Assembly: GCA_951406725.2 (NCBI GenBank)
Contig: OX597818.1
Location: 104,470,001 to 104,534,000, forward strand
Reading direction: 5' to 3'
Length of the DNA stretch: 64,000 nucleotides
Origin: Octopus vulgaris
Taxonomy: Eukaryota
The notes under the pieces are model-generated. The model had not been told where the DNA came from. It made no database searches and was given only the letters and a program-made list of their open reading frames with translations. Position 1 is the first letter of the stretch; each line of letters begins with the position of its first letter. Both the position numbers and the translations under genes were made by a program. This document shows positions 26,781-41,405 of this stretch, one piece after another.

Positions 26781-27915
26781 ATTCTAATACGTTTTACCTG
26801 TTGCAACAACGATTTCCATATTATTTCTTGCGAAACATACTTCGTTATTTCTTTGCCTCTGTGTATATATTTTAAACCCTATTCAATCTCCTTCTTTTTG
26901 CACGGAATGAGCAAAGCTTATCTGCATCGCTTCTGGGGTGCGATACTTCACTCAATGCTGTTTTCATTTTTTTTTAGTTTTTTTTTTTTTACCAATTCAA
27001 GTAAATATATTATTCTTTTCACAATTGTTCGATAGATATATTGTCTTTGTAGTATTGGCAAAGTTTTATTTTTCCCATTTAGCATAAATTTAACCTTCTC
27101 ATAACAAACTCAAAACTAGCATTGAGACGATCTCTTAAATTATTTCTTTCCAAAATTTCCTTTACTCTCATTTCCTTTTTCTTGACTAACTCCATTATAT
27201 CTCATAATTTATAGACCTTAGTGACAAATGTTATGATTTCTTTTGTTAGTAATTGAATCCTATTCGTTTTCCCGATTTTCTTTCTCTTTATTATCAATAT
27301 TCAACGTATTTTAATCCTAAATTACATCGCAATGTCTTTAGGAGACAGTAGTTTGCTCCAAGCAGTCTCTTCGATTTTTCTTCTTTGTAAACAGCTGCAG
27401 TTCGCATATAAATATATTATTGGTTTCATGCGCCTCTTCCTTAGTAATGATTTAAATGATATGACGCCTAATGCTAAAATGAAGAGGACAAACTAACACC
27501 CAGGAAACTTCCGTTATAAATCTTCATACATCTTATATTTTCACCAAGAGAGTTTACTTTTCTTCAGTGGCTCTTAACATTTCCTCTCAGTTTTCTCCAA
27601 CTTTTTCACTTGTGCTATACGTATGAAAGCTTATACCATAGCTTTATATACACACATGCACGTGCGCGTTCATATATATATATATATTAGGAAATTGCTA
27701 TTTTTAAATTTCACAACGTGAAATATTCAGCAACAGGACATTGAGGTAAAGATTGTTTGCCTACATAACACGGCAGTCCTGGTTTAGGACTAATGTTGTT
27801 GTAATTTAGCCCCAGGAGACATCGTCTCCAGCTGGCTCTACGACAAGATCCATGTCCCTATATACATACACACACACACACACACACGCACGCACACACA
27901 CACACACGCACGCAC

Positions 27916-28015
<100 letters not shown>

Positions 28016-28863
28016 GAACGTTTGAAAATGAAATTTTAAAGATGTTTATTCACTTGACTGGTTTCATATTTTTAGAAAAATATTTTCAAAACTAAAATGT
28101 AAAGCTTTGTATAAGCTTTGTTGTTTTAAGTACTGGTTGTCACAAGATATTATAATGCATATATACATTCTTTGATAATAATAAACTGTTAAAAACAGTT
28201 TACAAGGAAATATCTTGAGAAAATATTAAAAACTTCAGTAAAAATATTGGGATTTTATTAAAAATCATGTTTGTTTGGAAGTATCTATACAGATACACAG
28301 AAAAGTATTAGTTCAAAAACAGTCATATTTGGTAGTATATATATATATATATATACATACACAGTAGGAGATATATTTAGGAGTTTACAAAGAATTTGAG
28401 ATGAACTGACCTGTTTTAGCATTTTGCATTTTGTGTGAAGCTAAAGGCTGTTTACTATTTTAAGGGACAGTGTGGGAGGCCGTTCTTGATTGGTCCCAGA
28501 GTTTATTGTGGCGTATGTAAATATGTCTGTGTGTGTTTTATATTTGGTAGGATGGTGTGTGTGTATATGTGTGTAAAAAGAAGACAACAACATGACTTAT
28601 CTCTTAGTATACGAATTATTATGAGTTCGAAATCCTAATCTGATTTTATGTTATTTTTGGCAATTTTTAAAATGTGATTTGTGTTACCTAATCGTAGTGT
28701 TACCTTATGCATTTTAGCACCAAGGATCGATTATGCAAGATTAAATGTTGTGTAAGTTGTGTGTGTGGTGGCTTCTGCAACTGAAATTACAATATGATTG
28801 ATACTATGAAGAGTTAGTTTTATGATTCTGTGAATTTGTAAGTACTTGTATTTTTTTAATTTT

Positions 28864-29280
28864 AAGGCGGTGAACTGGCAGAAACGTTAGCTCGTCGGGC
28901 GAAATGCTTAGCAGTATTTCGTCTGCCGTTACGTTCTGAGTTCAAATTCTGCCGGGGTTGACTTTGCCTTTCATCCTTTCGGGGTCGATAAATTGAGCAC
29001 CAGTTACGCAGTGGGGTCGATGTAATCGACTTAATCCGTTTGTCTGTCCCTGTTTGTCCCCTCTGTGTTTAGCCCCTTGTGGGTAGTAAAGAAATAGGTA
29101 TTTCGTCTGCCGTTATGTTGTGAGTTCAAATTCCGCCGAGATTGACTTTGCCTTTCATCCTTTCGGGGTCAATAGATTAAGTACCAGTTACGCACTGGTG
29201 TCGATGTAATCGACTTAATCCGTTTGTCTGTCCTTGTTTTCCCCCTCTGTGTTTAGCCCCTTGTGGGTAGTAAAGAAATA
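28864..29280 (+). mobile_element. SINE family 1 dimer
   Basis: GGCGGTGAACTGGCAGAA head; second unit restarts at GTATTTCGTCTGCCG. Confidence 0.9.
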
Positions 29281-29662
29281 TGTATTGTTTATTTTATTTC
29301 TTCATTCTTTTGTTTGTGTTCTCCATCATGATTAGTACACCACTTTTAGACCTGAACTTACGTTCATACTTAAAATGTGACCTATTTAGTTTCATGATCC
29401 TATCAGGAGATATTTTGTTCAAAGTGGATTGAGATCTCTATCAAAATACAGAGAATTTTTCTTCTTGCACCTGTTAATTATATTTGCTGCTTGCGTGTTT
29501 AGTTGTTGGTTTTGTTTTGTTTTGTTATTTTTGGCTCCTGCTTCTACTAATTATAATGGTATTAGTTTCTTCCTTGGAAATATTTCAAAACAATTTTCTT
29601 TTAACTGGGATATTCAGCTCTTTGTGTATCTGTTCATTTAGGTAGGTAACAATCCCGTTATA

Positions 29663-29921
29663 CATAAGTAAATGCGCCCTTTTAAATCCTAGCCAGGCTC
29701 ATGGGCCCGGTTTCCCGGTTTCAATGGCGTATGTGTTCCCCAGTTGGACGGGACGCCAGTCCATCGCAGCGTTACTCATTTTTGCCAGTTGAGTGGACTG
29801 GAGCAACGTGAGATGAAGTGCTTTGCTCAAGAACACAATGCATCGCCCGGTCCAGGAATCGAAACCTCAATCTTACGATCATGATGCAGACACCCTAACC
29901 ACTAAGCCACATGCCTCTACT
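29663..29921 (-). mobile_element. Full-length tRNA-derived SINE family 3 with 14-bp TSD
   Basis: A box TGGCTTAGTGG, B box GTTTCGATTCC, TGTGTTCTTGAGCAAAGCACTT block, GCGATGGACTGGCGTCCCGTCC block; TSD ACAATCCCGTTATA at 29649-29662 and 29922-29935. Confidence 0.92.
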
Positions 29922-32100
29922 ACAATCCCGTTATATCATGTAATATATTACATCAAGAGGGCATCGAGGTGGCATGTGACCAGCGTCCTCATCAACCCAA
30001 CTGCGTATGTGACATTCTGGCTTAGCATGCTACTTTACATATTGTAGTGGTGTTGTATACCCGGGATTCAGTAATGCTGGACTGCATTTATCAGGTAGTC
30101 AGTCTCCTCTTTCAACCGTAATACTTGGTATCATCTGTGGATCCGCTGTTCATCAGAATCCGCAATATTTTTCCGTTGGATGAAAATTTCGTAGTTGTGT
30201 TTCAATCCCCAAGCTTGGCTGTTGTATATTTTCTCGATTTTTCTTAGACAGAATCGTTAAAGCGCCGAATAAAATGCCTCGAAGCAGTTAATTACAGATT
30301 TTACGTTATGAGTTCAAATATCACACAGATTAACTATCCTATTCATTATTTCGGAGTCGATAAAATAATGTGCCGTCAAAGAGTGGATTGAAATCAACCA
30401 GCTAACCTCCTCCACTAATTTCTAGCAATGTGTCAGTGTTAGATGTTATTATGATTAACGTCATTAGTTTTGGACACCACTATTAATATTGATAATCTTT
30501 ATTCGTTTCATTTGTAGTTCACATTCTCTCATGATTTACAAACTGTTTCTGTTGCTTTATTTCCTTTCCTAGTGTTTATTTCCTTTCTTCTTGCAACATT
30601 TTCGTTTCTTAATAACCAGCTGTAAAACATCCACCTAAACATCTAATGATGACAGCTGAGATCATTACTTTGCATTTGTGTCTTTCTTTCTTCTGATTAC
30701 AGGATATCTGCGGATTTTCTAAATGTTCCCAAAGGTTTTCCTGGATATTACGTAGTCAATATATCATGTAATGGCACTGTTTTTCCCCTCTTTCTTTCTA
30801 TGTTTTTCTCTAGAGTCGACCATGTTAAAGGCGCCAAGAAGAGACCGACCACATCGCACCCCGACTAATCCTTTCACTAGCGATCTTTGGATTCGCTAAG
30901 AAAGAAAAATTTAATGGCATATTTCTCCATGTAGCTGGAATCATTTAGGGAATACTATTTGGAAATATTCCATCATGTGATGTTCTCTTCCTTGAGAACA
31001 TTTCTTTCTTTAATAGGATTTAATATTCTCTACGCTTCCCTCAAGATTCCCTTAGTTTCACTGAAGCAGCAAAAAGCATGAATACATTATTATAAGAATA
31101 TCTAAAACCACATAATCTAAAATGCTTCAACTAATACATTATTTCCAAATTTAATTGTAAAGTAAACATGTTTCTCTATAATTATATTTCTTCATAATAA
31201 AGTAATGATATATCTTCACTTCGTAACCTGCACACGTCTAGCAACACTTCCGGGCCATTTATTCTTACTCTCTATAATGGTAGCTTCCATTCGATCCCGC
31301 ATTTCCATATTTGTACAAATAGTTTTTATTGATATATGTATGTAGCGCGTTAACCACCTGAAACTTTTCTAGCTTAAAGTATTAAAATATTCGACTTTCT
31401 AGCTTTGCTGTTCAACGATTTTCTTTTTTGCTTATACATCAGTTTTTTAACTTCAGTTATTATATAAACTTCTCATAGAATTTTATCCAAGAATCATGAC
31501 TATATTCTAGACATAGCCTTTCTTCCTACAGAAAGCTTCCAGCGTGCATTTTTTTGCTTCCCTTCAAAGAAGAAATATCCATTCGCTAATTCCATCTTCC
31601 AGGTATTTCTAATCCAGTTACTTTCAAGAAAATGCAATTCTTTTGTATTCCTTCATATTTCTCGCACTTACAACCCTTCTTTTCCAATCTAGATTTGTTT
31701 TTCATTATTTCCTCTTGTACACAATATTATCTGCTAATATCCCTTTAGCGATCTTGGCCAATCTTCTTAAATAAGTTTCCTGCTGTGTGTAAATATATTT
31801 TTATTCCGAATGTTTGCTTGAATCTCAGAAAAGTTTTTCCTTAAAAAAATGAATGGACTATCTATACAGATTTCCATACAAAAGCATGAGATATATACAG
31901 ATTTATTCATACATGCTTGTATGTGTGTATGGGAAAGTAAATAATCATATATACATATGTATATGTGCGCTTGTGTGTCTGTGTAAGTAATATATATGTG
32001 TGCGTAAATAATTTATATACATATAAACCTATATATATATTACTATATATATATATATATATATATGTAAGTAATATATATATAGGTATATATGTATATG

Positions 32101-32145
<45 letters not shown>

Positions 32146-32653
32146 CATACTCTCATCTTATTCACACACACGGTTATGTGTTTATGTGGGACTGTATATA
32201 TATATATATATTCACACGTGTGTGAGTGTGTAAGAGTGTGTGTGTGCGTGAAACTGTGTACGTATGTAACTATCAATGAAGAAATATACTGTATAATGGA
32301 AACCATTTTCAAATGACTGATATCAACAGGCTGAAGATTTAGAGACAAAAGAAACTAAAAATAAAAAAAATAGTTATATTATATTATAGACCTGGTTTTA
32401 TGTGTACATGAGATTAAATCGCCTAAACAACTAACCAAGGAGAGCGGTCTTTATTTTAATGTTGATCACAATCAGTATAAAATGCAGCAGAGAAACACAT
32501 TAAATGGCTAACATTGATAGATTTATTGTGCCGTACTTTTCATTAATAATTTTCTAACCGTCCATCTTCCTCTTTCGGAAAACTTATATTGAATGTAATA
32601 TATCAATGTGCAACGCCACCAGTACTGCTGTTCGATTAAAAGTTAACTCGCAG

Positions 32654-32724
<71 letters not shown>

Positions 32725-32802
32725 GTATGTATAAATATAAATACATGTATAAATATATATATAAGTGTATATATAAATATAAATATAAATATATATATAT
32801 AA

Positions 32803-32872
<70 letters not shown>

Positions 32873-32879
32873 AAATGTA

Positions 32880-32910
<31 letters not shown>

Positions 32911-32924
32911 ATATAAATATATAT

Positions 32925-33110
32925 ATGGTGGCTGCCCCTCGTTTCGAGTATGGCCATTGCACGAAGCTTAATCAACGTTGTTCTCATGCAATGCCTGTGC
33001 AAGAAGATTTTTTTTAAAGTGAGGAAAGGCTGTGCACTGAGTGAATCACACTCACTAAGCAACAGCAGCCATAATCCGAAAAGAAGAACAAGTCAACGTT
33101 ACCGGTAACC
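32925..33110 (-). repeat. Tandem duplicate of the 3' 186 bp of the adjacent RTE-like element plus flanking microsatellite (period 408 bp)
   Basis: Near-identical to 33333-33518. Confidence 0.9.
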
Positions 33111-33182
33111 GTATAAATATATATATATATATATAAGTGTATATATAAATATAGATATAAATATATATATATATATAAATAA

Positions 33183-33234
<52 letters not shown>

Positions 33235-33332
33235 TTGTGTGTGTGTATAAATGAATATATATATATATATATACGTATATATATATACATATACATATAT
33301 ATATATATACATATACATATATAAATATATAT

Positions 33333-33885
33333 ATGGTGGCTGCCCCCCGTTTCGAGTATGGCCATTGCACGAAGCTTAATCAACGTTGTTATCGTGCAAT
33401 GCCTGTGCAAGAAGATTTTTTTTAAAGTGAGGAAAGGCTGTGCACTGAGTGAATCGCACTCACTAAGCAACAGCAGCCATAATCCGAAAAGAAGAACAAG
33501 TCAATGTTATCGGTAACCACTGAGCCGCAGGTTTTATATCGGAATTATCCCACTTACCTGAGTTACCTTCTCCTAGAAGGATGCCCTAACAAAGGCTAGG
33601 AGTCCTTCACTCCCAATGGTTTAACTGCGCGATCGGGTATTCAGTCCGATTATTTCGATGACCCCGTGCATGATACTGCCTTAAGACATTTATTGGATGG
33701 CTGTTGACACTCAAGTGTTCCTCCACCCTTTGAGGGGTTTTGTTTTTCATCCCGCAGGGTGTCCAATAAACACCCTCCTCACCAAGCTTGGTGGGGTTGC
33801 CGGTTTAGTCGCCTACGACCCGACCATGCAACAAGTTGCACTGGGTTACATGTTACCAGTAGCACTCGAAAGTGACCTGACATAA

Positions 33886-33888
<3 letters not shown>
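33333..33888 (-). mobile_element. About 555-bp non-autonomous element, probably RTE-LINE-derived (5' UTR + 3' tail)
   Basis: Second copy with the same ends at 51024-51582 in the opposite orientation; 3' CATACTCGAAACG-GGGG-CAGCC stem-loop resembles RTE tails; flanked by (TA)n. Confidence 0.7.
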
Positions 33889-33943
<55 letters not shown>

Positions 33944-34110
33944 TATATACACATATATATATATATATATATATACATATATACATATATATATAAATAT
34001 ATAAAAATAAATATATATATATATATAAATATATATACATATAAAAATAAATATATATATATGTATATATAAATATATGCACATATAAATATATATACAT
34101 ACATAAATGC

Positions 34111-34165
<55 letters not shown>

Positions 34166-34567
34166 TATACATAAGCTTCTTACTACAGAGACACCCCGGC
34201 ACCTATATATATAGGTGCAGGAGTGTCTCTGTAGTAAGAAGCTTGCTTCCCAATCACATGGTTCAGACCACAGTCCAATTGCGTGACACCTTTGACGTCT
34301 GTCTTCTACTATAGCCTCGGGCCGAATAAAGCCTAGTGAGTAAAATTCGGCTGATTAATCTTGAGATTGCTCCGATCTGGCCAGCCCCAAGGAAAAACGA
34401 AATTAAGCTGAAATTGCGAGGATGATCCGATTCTTGACTGAAGATAAAAAGCTTCGAATGATCCGTCCTTGTTTTTTATATCGTGTATCTGGATGTTTTG
34501 TTGTTCCTTTTTGCATCACCTAGTTGTCCGGATGTTTTCCGTTCTTGTCCCAATTTGTATTTTATTT

Positions 34568-34626
<59 letters not shown>

Positions 34627-34883
34627 GCGTACATACACTTTGTTCTCTAATATATATAGATAGATATATATATATACATGATATTATTTATATTATTATT
34701 ATAATGCCACACATCCATTTCCAAGTTAGTTTTATATGTATATGTACATACATACACGCGTGTAACTATATAAATACATAGACAGACATCAGACAGACCA
34801 ACAGACAGACAGAAAGAGAAACATACATACATACATACATACATACAGACATACAGACAGACAGACAGACAGACAGACAACAG

Positions 34884-34977
<94 letters not shown>

Positions 34978-36724
34978 GTGTCTGCGCGTGATATGAATAA
35001 AAATATATAGCTGCTCATATATACACATATACGCACACACATTACTTAGATAGTTTTCATATACATATGACATAATGAGTGTTCATGCATATTTGTATTT
35101 ATAAATGCATGTATGTCCATATATATGTAAGTATGTATGCATGTATGTTTGTACATAATTCACTACAGGCTGAAACTTCCCAAATCGTTATTTCGGGTTC
35201 TCCAGTGATGTTATTCTCATAATTTTGAAAAAGTATAACATAAAACATAGAACATACCCACCATTGATTGGATGGAAAGAAATAATAAACGATGTAATTT
35301 GACGATATAATCAGTGACAGGCAACATTGTAAATGAACGATATCATATATTACAGAATTATTATCCTTGTACAGGAAGCCCACTTCTGGACACCGCTATT
35401 GTTTCTTTCTTTTTTTCTTTTTTGTTGGTACGGTACACTATCAATTAACGAATCTCATACTAACGTCATTATACGGTGAAAGAAACCATTTCAGTTGTTT
35501 CATAACTAATTTTGGTTTTAGAAAGAAAAAAATTTGATGAATTTTATCAAATTCCCACTGGGTTCAACAATCGAATGAATTGTGAGAACTGTCTGTAATT
35601 TATATCTTGGGACTACTATATATTTTATATGCTGGAATGATGGCTTTATATTTTCAAGTAACGTGTGGGGGCTACTTAAAGAAATAGATATATGAATCAC
35701 AAGCTATAATAATTTCAATGTGGTTATTTTTTATATTATGATAAATTTAGAGATCAATCACTTCTATCCTTGTAAAAACCCAGTAAGATATCGGTGAGTT
35801 AGCTATCATCACTGTACAAGCCACCTTCAACACTGTCTTTGATTTTGCGTATGAAGTGCAGTCTGTTGAAATCGCTGATCTTTACTGAGTTGTGGATGTC
35901 GAAAAGCGTGGATGAGTGTTTGTTGATATAGCGAGGATCATTACGTTTAACGATGTTTCGATGAAGCTGGGGAAGTCCCAATTCATTCTATCGCAGTCAG
36001 GAAAATAAAATAACTGTTCACCGAGGTGGTTTCGCAGCGTTGGACTAGGTGCTTTGTGATATTTGATCGGGATGTTTGCGTTTTTAGTTCTATGACAAAA
36101 AATATAATATGTTCCCTGATTTAGCACCCTAGTCCTTCAGGGTATTTTGTACGGTTACACTGTTTCTAAAAGTTTTACTAGCTCCCCGATTTTAAAATAG
36201 CTGTCACCCTTCCCTTTTCGAAAGGTCTCGGTGGTTCTGAAAAAACATATTATCGAGGGCATTGTACTTATCTTTTTCGGTAAGCAGTAAAACAGTAAAA
36301 ACACATTAAACTCGTTCTTGTCATGAACAAAAATAAACAAAGCAACAAAACAAAATACAAGAAAAAAACCTTATCGCATTTCTTACAAGTGCAATTTTTC
36401 ATGAATATCATGAAAATGTTGCATTGTTTATTTGTCCTTCTTTGTCTCAAACAAAACAAACCGAAATTTAATCGTAAGACATGGAAAAATACTATTCACT
36501 ACAGCATTATAAATATATCAGTAGTTATGTAACGATTTTCTTTCAGTGGAATAATATGAAGACATACTCTGGGAGAATAAAACCAAAGAATGCTTTGCAA
36601 TAATAGATTCGTCTCCTCTGCAAGATAATATTATATTAAACATTCTTATTCACCTTTCCAATCACTAACGTACTCTTCTTTAAAATGCTGAATTAAACTA
36701 ACGAGTAAATATACATACACACAA

Positions 36725-36757
<33 letters not shown>

Positions 36758-36762
36758 CATAC

Positions 36763-36811
<49 letters not shown>

Positions 36812-36973
36812 TGTGTGAGTATATATATGTTGGTATATATATGTGTGTATATACGTATATATATATATGTATATATATGCATATGTATATAAGTATCTAT
36901 GTATATATATATGTATATATACGCATATATATATATATGTATTTATATATATATGTATATATGCATACATACA

Positions 36974-37030
<57 letters not shown>

Positions 37031-37561
37031 TCTTTTTACAACTGCCTAATAGTTTTAATATTGATGAAAATAAAATATCGTCAATACTTCATGCTGTTGT
37101 CAGATATTTAAGCGAATTTTAAAACTCTTTGCCTTGAGCTATGATAAAGATTATATTTAATAATTCAACTTCGATGTTTTACATCTTTATCTTTTCTATT
37201 TCTCTTTTCTTTATAAATTTCTAACAATTTTTCTGTCTAAACATTTCTTCTTTCTGCCTGTCACAATAAAGTCTCAATTATTTGCAACTTTTAGCGTAAA
37301 ATTAATTACGTCACGCGTCGAAAGTGACAAGCAGATACTATTTGCAAAATGATGTCACAGTAGCTTAATTGGTAAGGTCTCAGAGTCTTGACTAATTAGT
37401 ATCAGGTGAAATAAGTTCAAATTCTAGTTGTCAGACGAATCCGCAGAATACTTTGAGTTTCATCGGCGACCAAATAGAAGAATTATCGAAATAAAGGGGT
37501 TTATACTAAATGGCTGAATGTTCGAGCAGAGCAGGAAATCTATCGTGTGTGTGTAGGTAGG

Positions 37562-37624
<63 letters not shown>

Positions 37625-37697
37625 TATATACATATATATATATACATATATATACATATATATATACATATATATATATACATATATATATATATAC

Positions 37698-37744
<47 letters not shown>

Positions 37745-37907
37745 TATATACATATATATACATATATATATATACATATATATATATATACATATATATA
37801 TATACATATATATATATATACATATATATATATACATATATATACATAGATATATATATATACATATATATATATACATATATATATACATATATATATA
37901 TATATGC

Positions 37908-37951
<44 letters not shown>

Positions 37952-38312
37952 AATGAGATAGGGGTTGAAAATTCAACCCACCATGGGATAATATATATCC
38001 AATATACTGCTAGATAGGTACCCAACAAAATTAATACATAGATGTTAAAAATTGTCAAACAATCAGTTCATCTATTGTATTAAATGGGTAAAGGTAATAA
38101 TATTACCGTAAATTAATACTACAAAATTAGAGAATGGAGAAACATACTTAAATCAGTAAAACATCAACTATCCGATGATACTCAATCCATACTTTAATAC
38201 ACCATTACATATGAGTAAAGGCAATATATAAAATGAAATGAGATATACAGTAATAGTAAAAAAGATAAAGAGATATAAGTAAAAAATTTCAAATATAATA
38301 TGCAAATAAATC

Positions 38313-38428
38313 AAAACTGACAGCTGTTTCGGCAGTGAGGACAGTCATACCTCATTTAACCTATAAGCCATAAAGGCAGGTATAAATGAGGCATTAACAA
38401 GGATGCCCCACGGCCTCTTCAGAGAATT
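38313..38428 (-). ncRNA. Type I hammerhead ribozyme motif with long branched stem II, within a TA-flanked element (about 37950-38460)
   Basis: CT-CTGAAGA-GGCCGTGGGG...CCTCACTGCC-GAA-ACAGCTGT-C-AG; inner helix CCTCATTTA/TAAATGAGG; stem I weak. Confidence 0.7.
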
Positions 38429-38497
38429 AAATTAAATTTGTTATAATAGTGAAAAATATTATATATACATATATATATATATACATATATATACATA

Positions 38498-38533
<36 letters not shown>

Positions 38534-38580
38534 CGGTGCCCCAGCATGGCCGCGGCCTTCGGGCTAAAACATTTTTAAGG
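38534..38580 (+). mobile_element. 47-bp extreme 5'-truncated CR1-group LINE (or partner SINE) tail in (TA)n
   Basis: CGGTGCCCCAGCATGGCCGC matches the 3' ends of the LINEs at 58950 and 59560. Confidence 0.8.
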
Positions 38581-38750
38581 ATATATACATATATATACAT
38601 ATATATATATACATATATATACATATATATATATATACATATATATATATACATATATATATATACATACATACATATATATATAGACATATATATATAT
38701 ATACATATATATATACATATATATATATACATATATATATACATATATAC

Positions 38751-38783
<33 letters not shown>

Positions 38784-38944
38784 CATATATACATATATAT
38801 ATATATATGTACATATATACATATATATATAGATATATATATATATATACGTATATACATATATATATAGATATATATATATACATATATACATATATAT
38901 ATAGATATATATATATATACATATATACATATATATATAAATAT

Positions 38945-38979
<35 letters not shown>

Positions 38980-39019
38980 GAAAGAGAGAGTGAGAGAGAG
39001 AGAGAGAGACGAGCAAAAC

Positions 39020-39407
39020 GCCCCCCACCCCACCCCGTCCAATAGACGGTGCTGAGTTGTCAAACATTTAAACTAAATTTTCTCAAAACAACTTGTCCGA
39101 CTGTCCCATAGGTCTTCCCTTTGAGAAATACTGATTTAACCTAAATCTGAGACACCAGCAAAAGAAGAAATAAAGATAGACTTTTTTTCTATTCCAAGAA
39201 AAACGACTTTTCCAAATGCACGTTTCCACAGCTTTATCGATCGCAATCGCACCTGGAATCGATTTTTGTAATGTTTTCGAGACTTATACCCGCCCTGATA
39301 CAGTCGGTATCTACATATCAAATTTGAGCGCAATCGGTTGGAGGATGCCCGAGATCCTAGACGACACACAGACAGACAGACAGACAGAACGGATTTTATA
39401 TAATAGA
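39020..39407 (-). mobile_element. Non-autonomous Helitron/DINE-like element, 5' part
   Basis: Minus strand begins TCTATTATATAAAATCCGTT(CTGT)n...CAACCGATTGCGCTCAAATTTG, a typical short-Helitron 5' architecture; 3' end not located. Confidence 0.6.
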
Positions 39408-39426
39408 TATATACATATGTAATATT

Positions 39427-39479
<53 letters not shown>

Positions 39480-40101
39480 CGTATGTATATACATGTATGT
39501 ATATATATATGCATATATACGTCCATGCATACGTACATATATACATACATAAAGCAACACACTATCTATCCCTTATCTTAATCGATTCATCATTTCAAGT
39601 TGTTTACTTGCTTCTACTCATCAATATATTCATGTTGTTTGTTACTCGCTATCGCTTTATCACATACACTAATAGAAACACTCATACATTCACATACACA
39701 CATCTGCATAAACATGCTTTCGAACGCACAGAGAAGCACACACACACACACACACACGCGCGCGCGCGCACGCATACACAAACTCACACACACGCTCACA
39801 AACTTATACTCACATCTGAATGCGCAAACATACATGCAAATTGACTCTTGTTTAGCGTTTCTCCCCTCCCTCTCAGTCCTCTCTCCTCCTCCTCCTTTCA
39901 CTCTCGCTCCTTGCTGTACTTTTATATAAGTTCTAATTTGACAGCTAATGACGTAATGCAACAGCAAATTCTTATATATTCATTAGTGTATACAGTTGAT
40001 TCGTATCATGTTCAATCCCAGTAACAAAATAAGCTGAGAGCATTTCGTTTTTGGATTTGTTTGCAAGATTCTTTAAATGAGTTCGTGTGTTAAAGCATAT
40101 T

Positions 40102-40324
40102 CTGCTGTGTCTGGGGAGAGTCATTTTCTTTTTGTGCCTTATAATTTAACACGCACGCCAGTAAAATTTCCACTTATTTCTTATTTTTATTTTCCTAGAA
40201 TTTTCGTTGTGTATTGCAACCTTTTCAATAGGAAAATAAAAATAAAAAATAAGTGGAAATTTTACCGGTGAGTGTGTTAAATCATACGGTACAAAAAGAA
40301 AATGACTCTCCCCGGACGCAACAG
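40102..40324. repeat. Fold-back inverted repeat / MITE-like, arms about 95 bp, loop about 33 bp
   Basis: GGGGAGAGTCATTTTCTTTTTGT...AAAATTTCCACTTATTT versus AAATAAGTGGAAATTTT...ACAAAAAGAAAATGACTCTCCCC. Confidence 0.9.
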
Positions 40325-41405
40325 TATTTTCATTAATTTCAAAGAAAGAAGAAAATTTTCAGTAATGTTAGACTACAAGCTCTTCATTGAAATTGAACTT
40401 AAGAAATCGACACATCAATTATTAATATTTCGAAATAACGAGTTGACCGATCTGTGGAAGACCAGATAGAGAACAAAGTCCAAATATGTTTTTATACCTG
40501 TTTTCATTCGATATGGCAAAAAAACAGAATATCCTTTTAATGATTTAACTGAATTTACGTCCGAAAGTTGACAACAACAAATGAATCTTATTGGATGTTT
40601 CTTTTTTATTTTTTAATCGAGGGAGAAGGCAATGCCTGTGACACTTTACAAGATCCCTGAGACTTGTGGAGGGCGTGATGTAAGGTATCATCTCACAAGG
40701 AATCTGGCCCAAATATTCGCAACGGAGTGGGTTCCACTAAATTCTCTATGGTATGATCGTATTCAGTCCCACGCCCGTTTAGAGGATTTGAGTGCAAAGC
40801 ACAAAGAGCAGAACCAAATATCACTAGCCATCTAGTTGAACATTCTTACAGTTTTTCCAATCTTCCGCCTTAGATTAGTATTTTTGTTTTATCGATCTCC
40901 AAAGAAGGAATAACAAAATTGACCTCGGTAGATTTGACTCCAGAAAGCAATGAGTCGGAACAAATACCGTGAAGCATTCTAATCAACGCTCTAAAGACTC
41001 TGCCAATTCCTCATCCTAAAGCCAATTCGTCACTCTAAAACATATCCGCCAACCAATATGTGATTTGCCACACTTAAAAAGGAAGAAAGAAACAAGTAGC
41101 TGCGAGTGTTCATTCCCAATTTGAGCAAATGTTAAAAAATATCGCCAACATAACACCTAACAGGAAACAGAATGCAATACAGCCAAAACGTTTTATTTTA
41201 CAAAGCTACGCAGATGAGGTTTACATTGTTCCATTTCGAGGAGGTGTAAAACAGATATGTAACCAGAATTGTCTAACGTACTTGGCGAAAGGAGGATGAT
41301 GATCACTATATTGAAAGTATCTACATTAACTATTGCTTTTCTAATGAGTACTGTCCTTCCGTAATTACTCTCAATAATTTAATGTTTTAATTGTACAATA
41401 TTGTA

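Larger units (their letters stand above)
37563..38980. repeat. Large (TA/TACA)n microsatellite fields hosting short insertions
   Basis: Direct inspection; similar fields at 8620-9015, 15960-16143, 32655-32925, 33890-34170, 36720-37025, 53432-54405. Confidence 0.95.
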
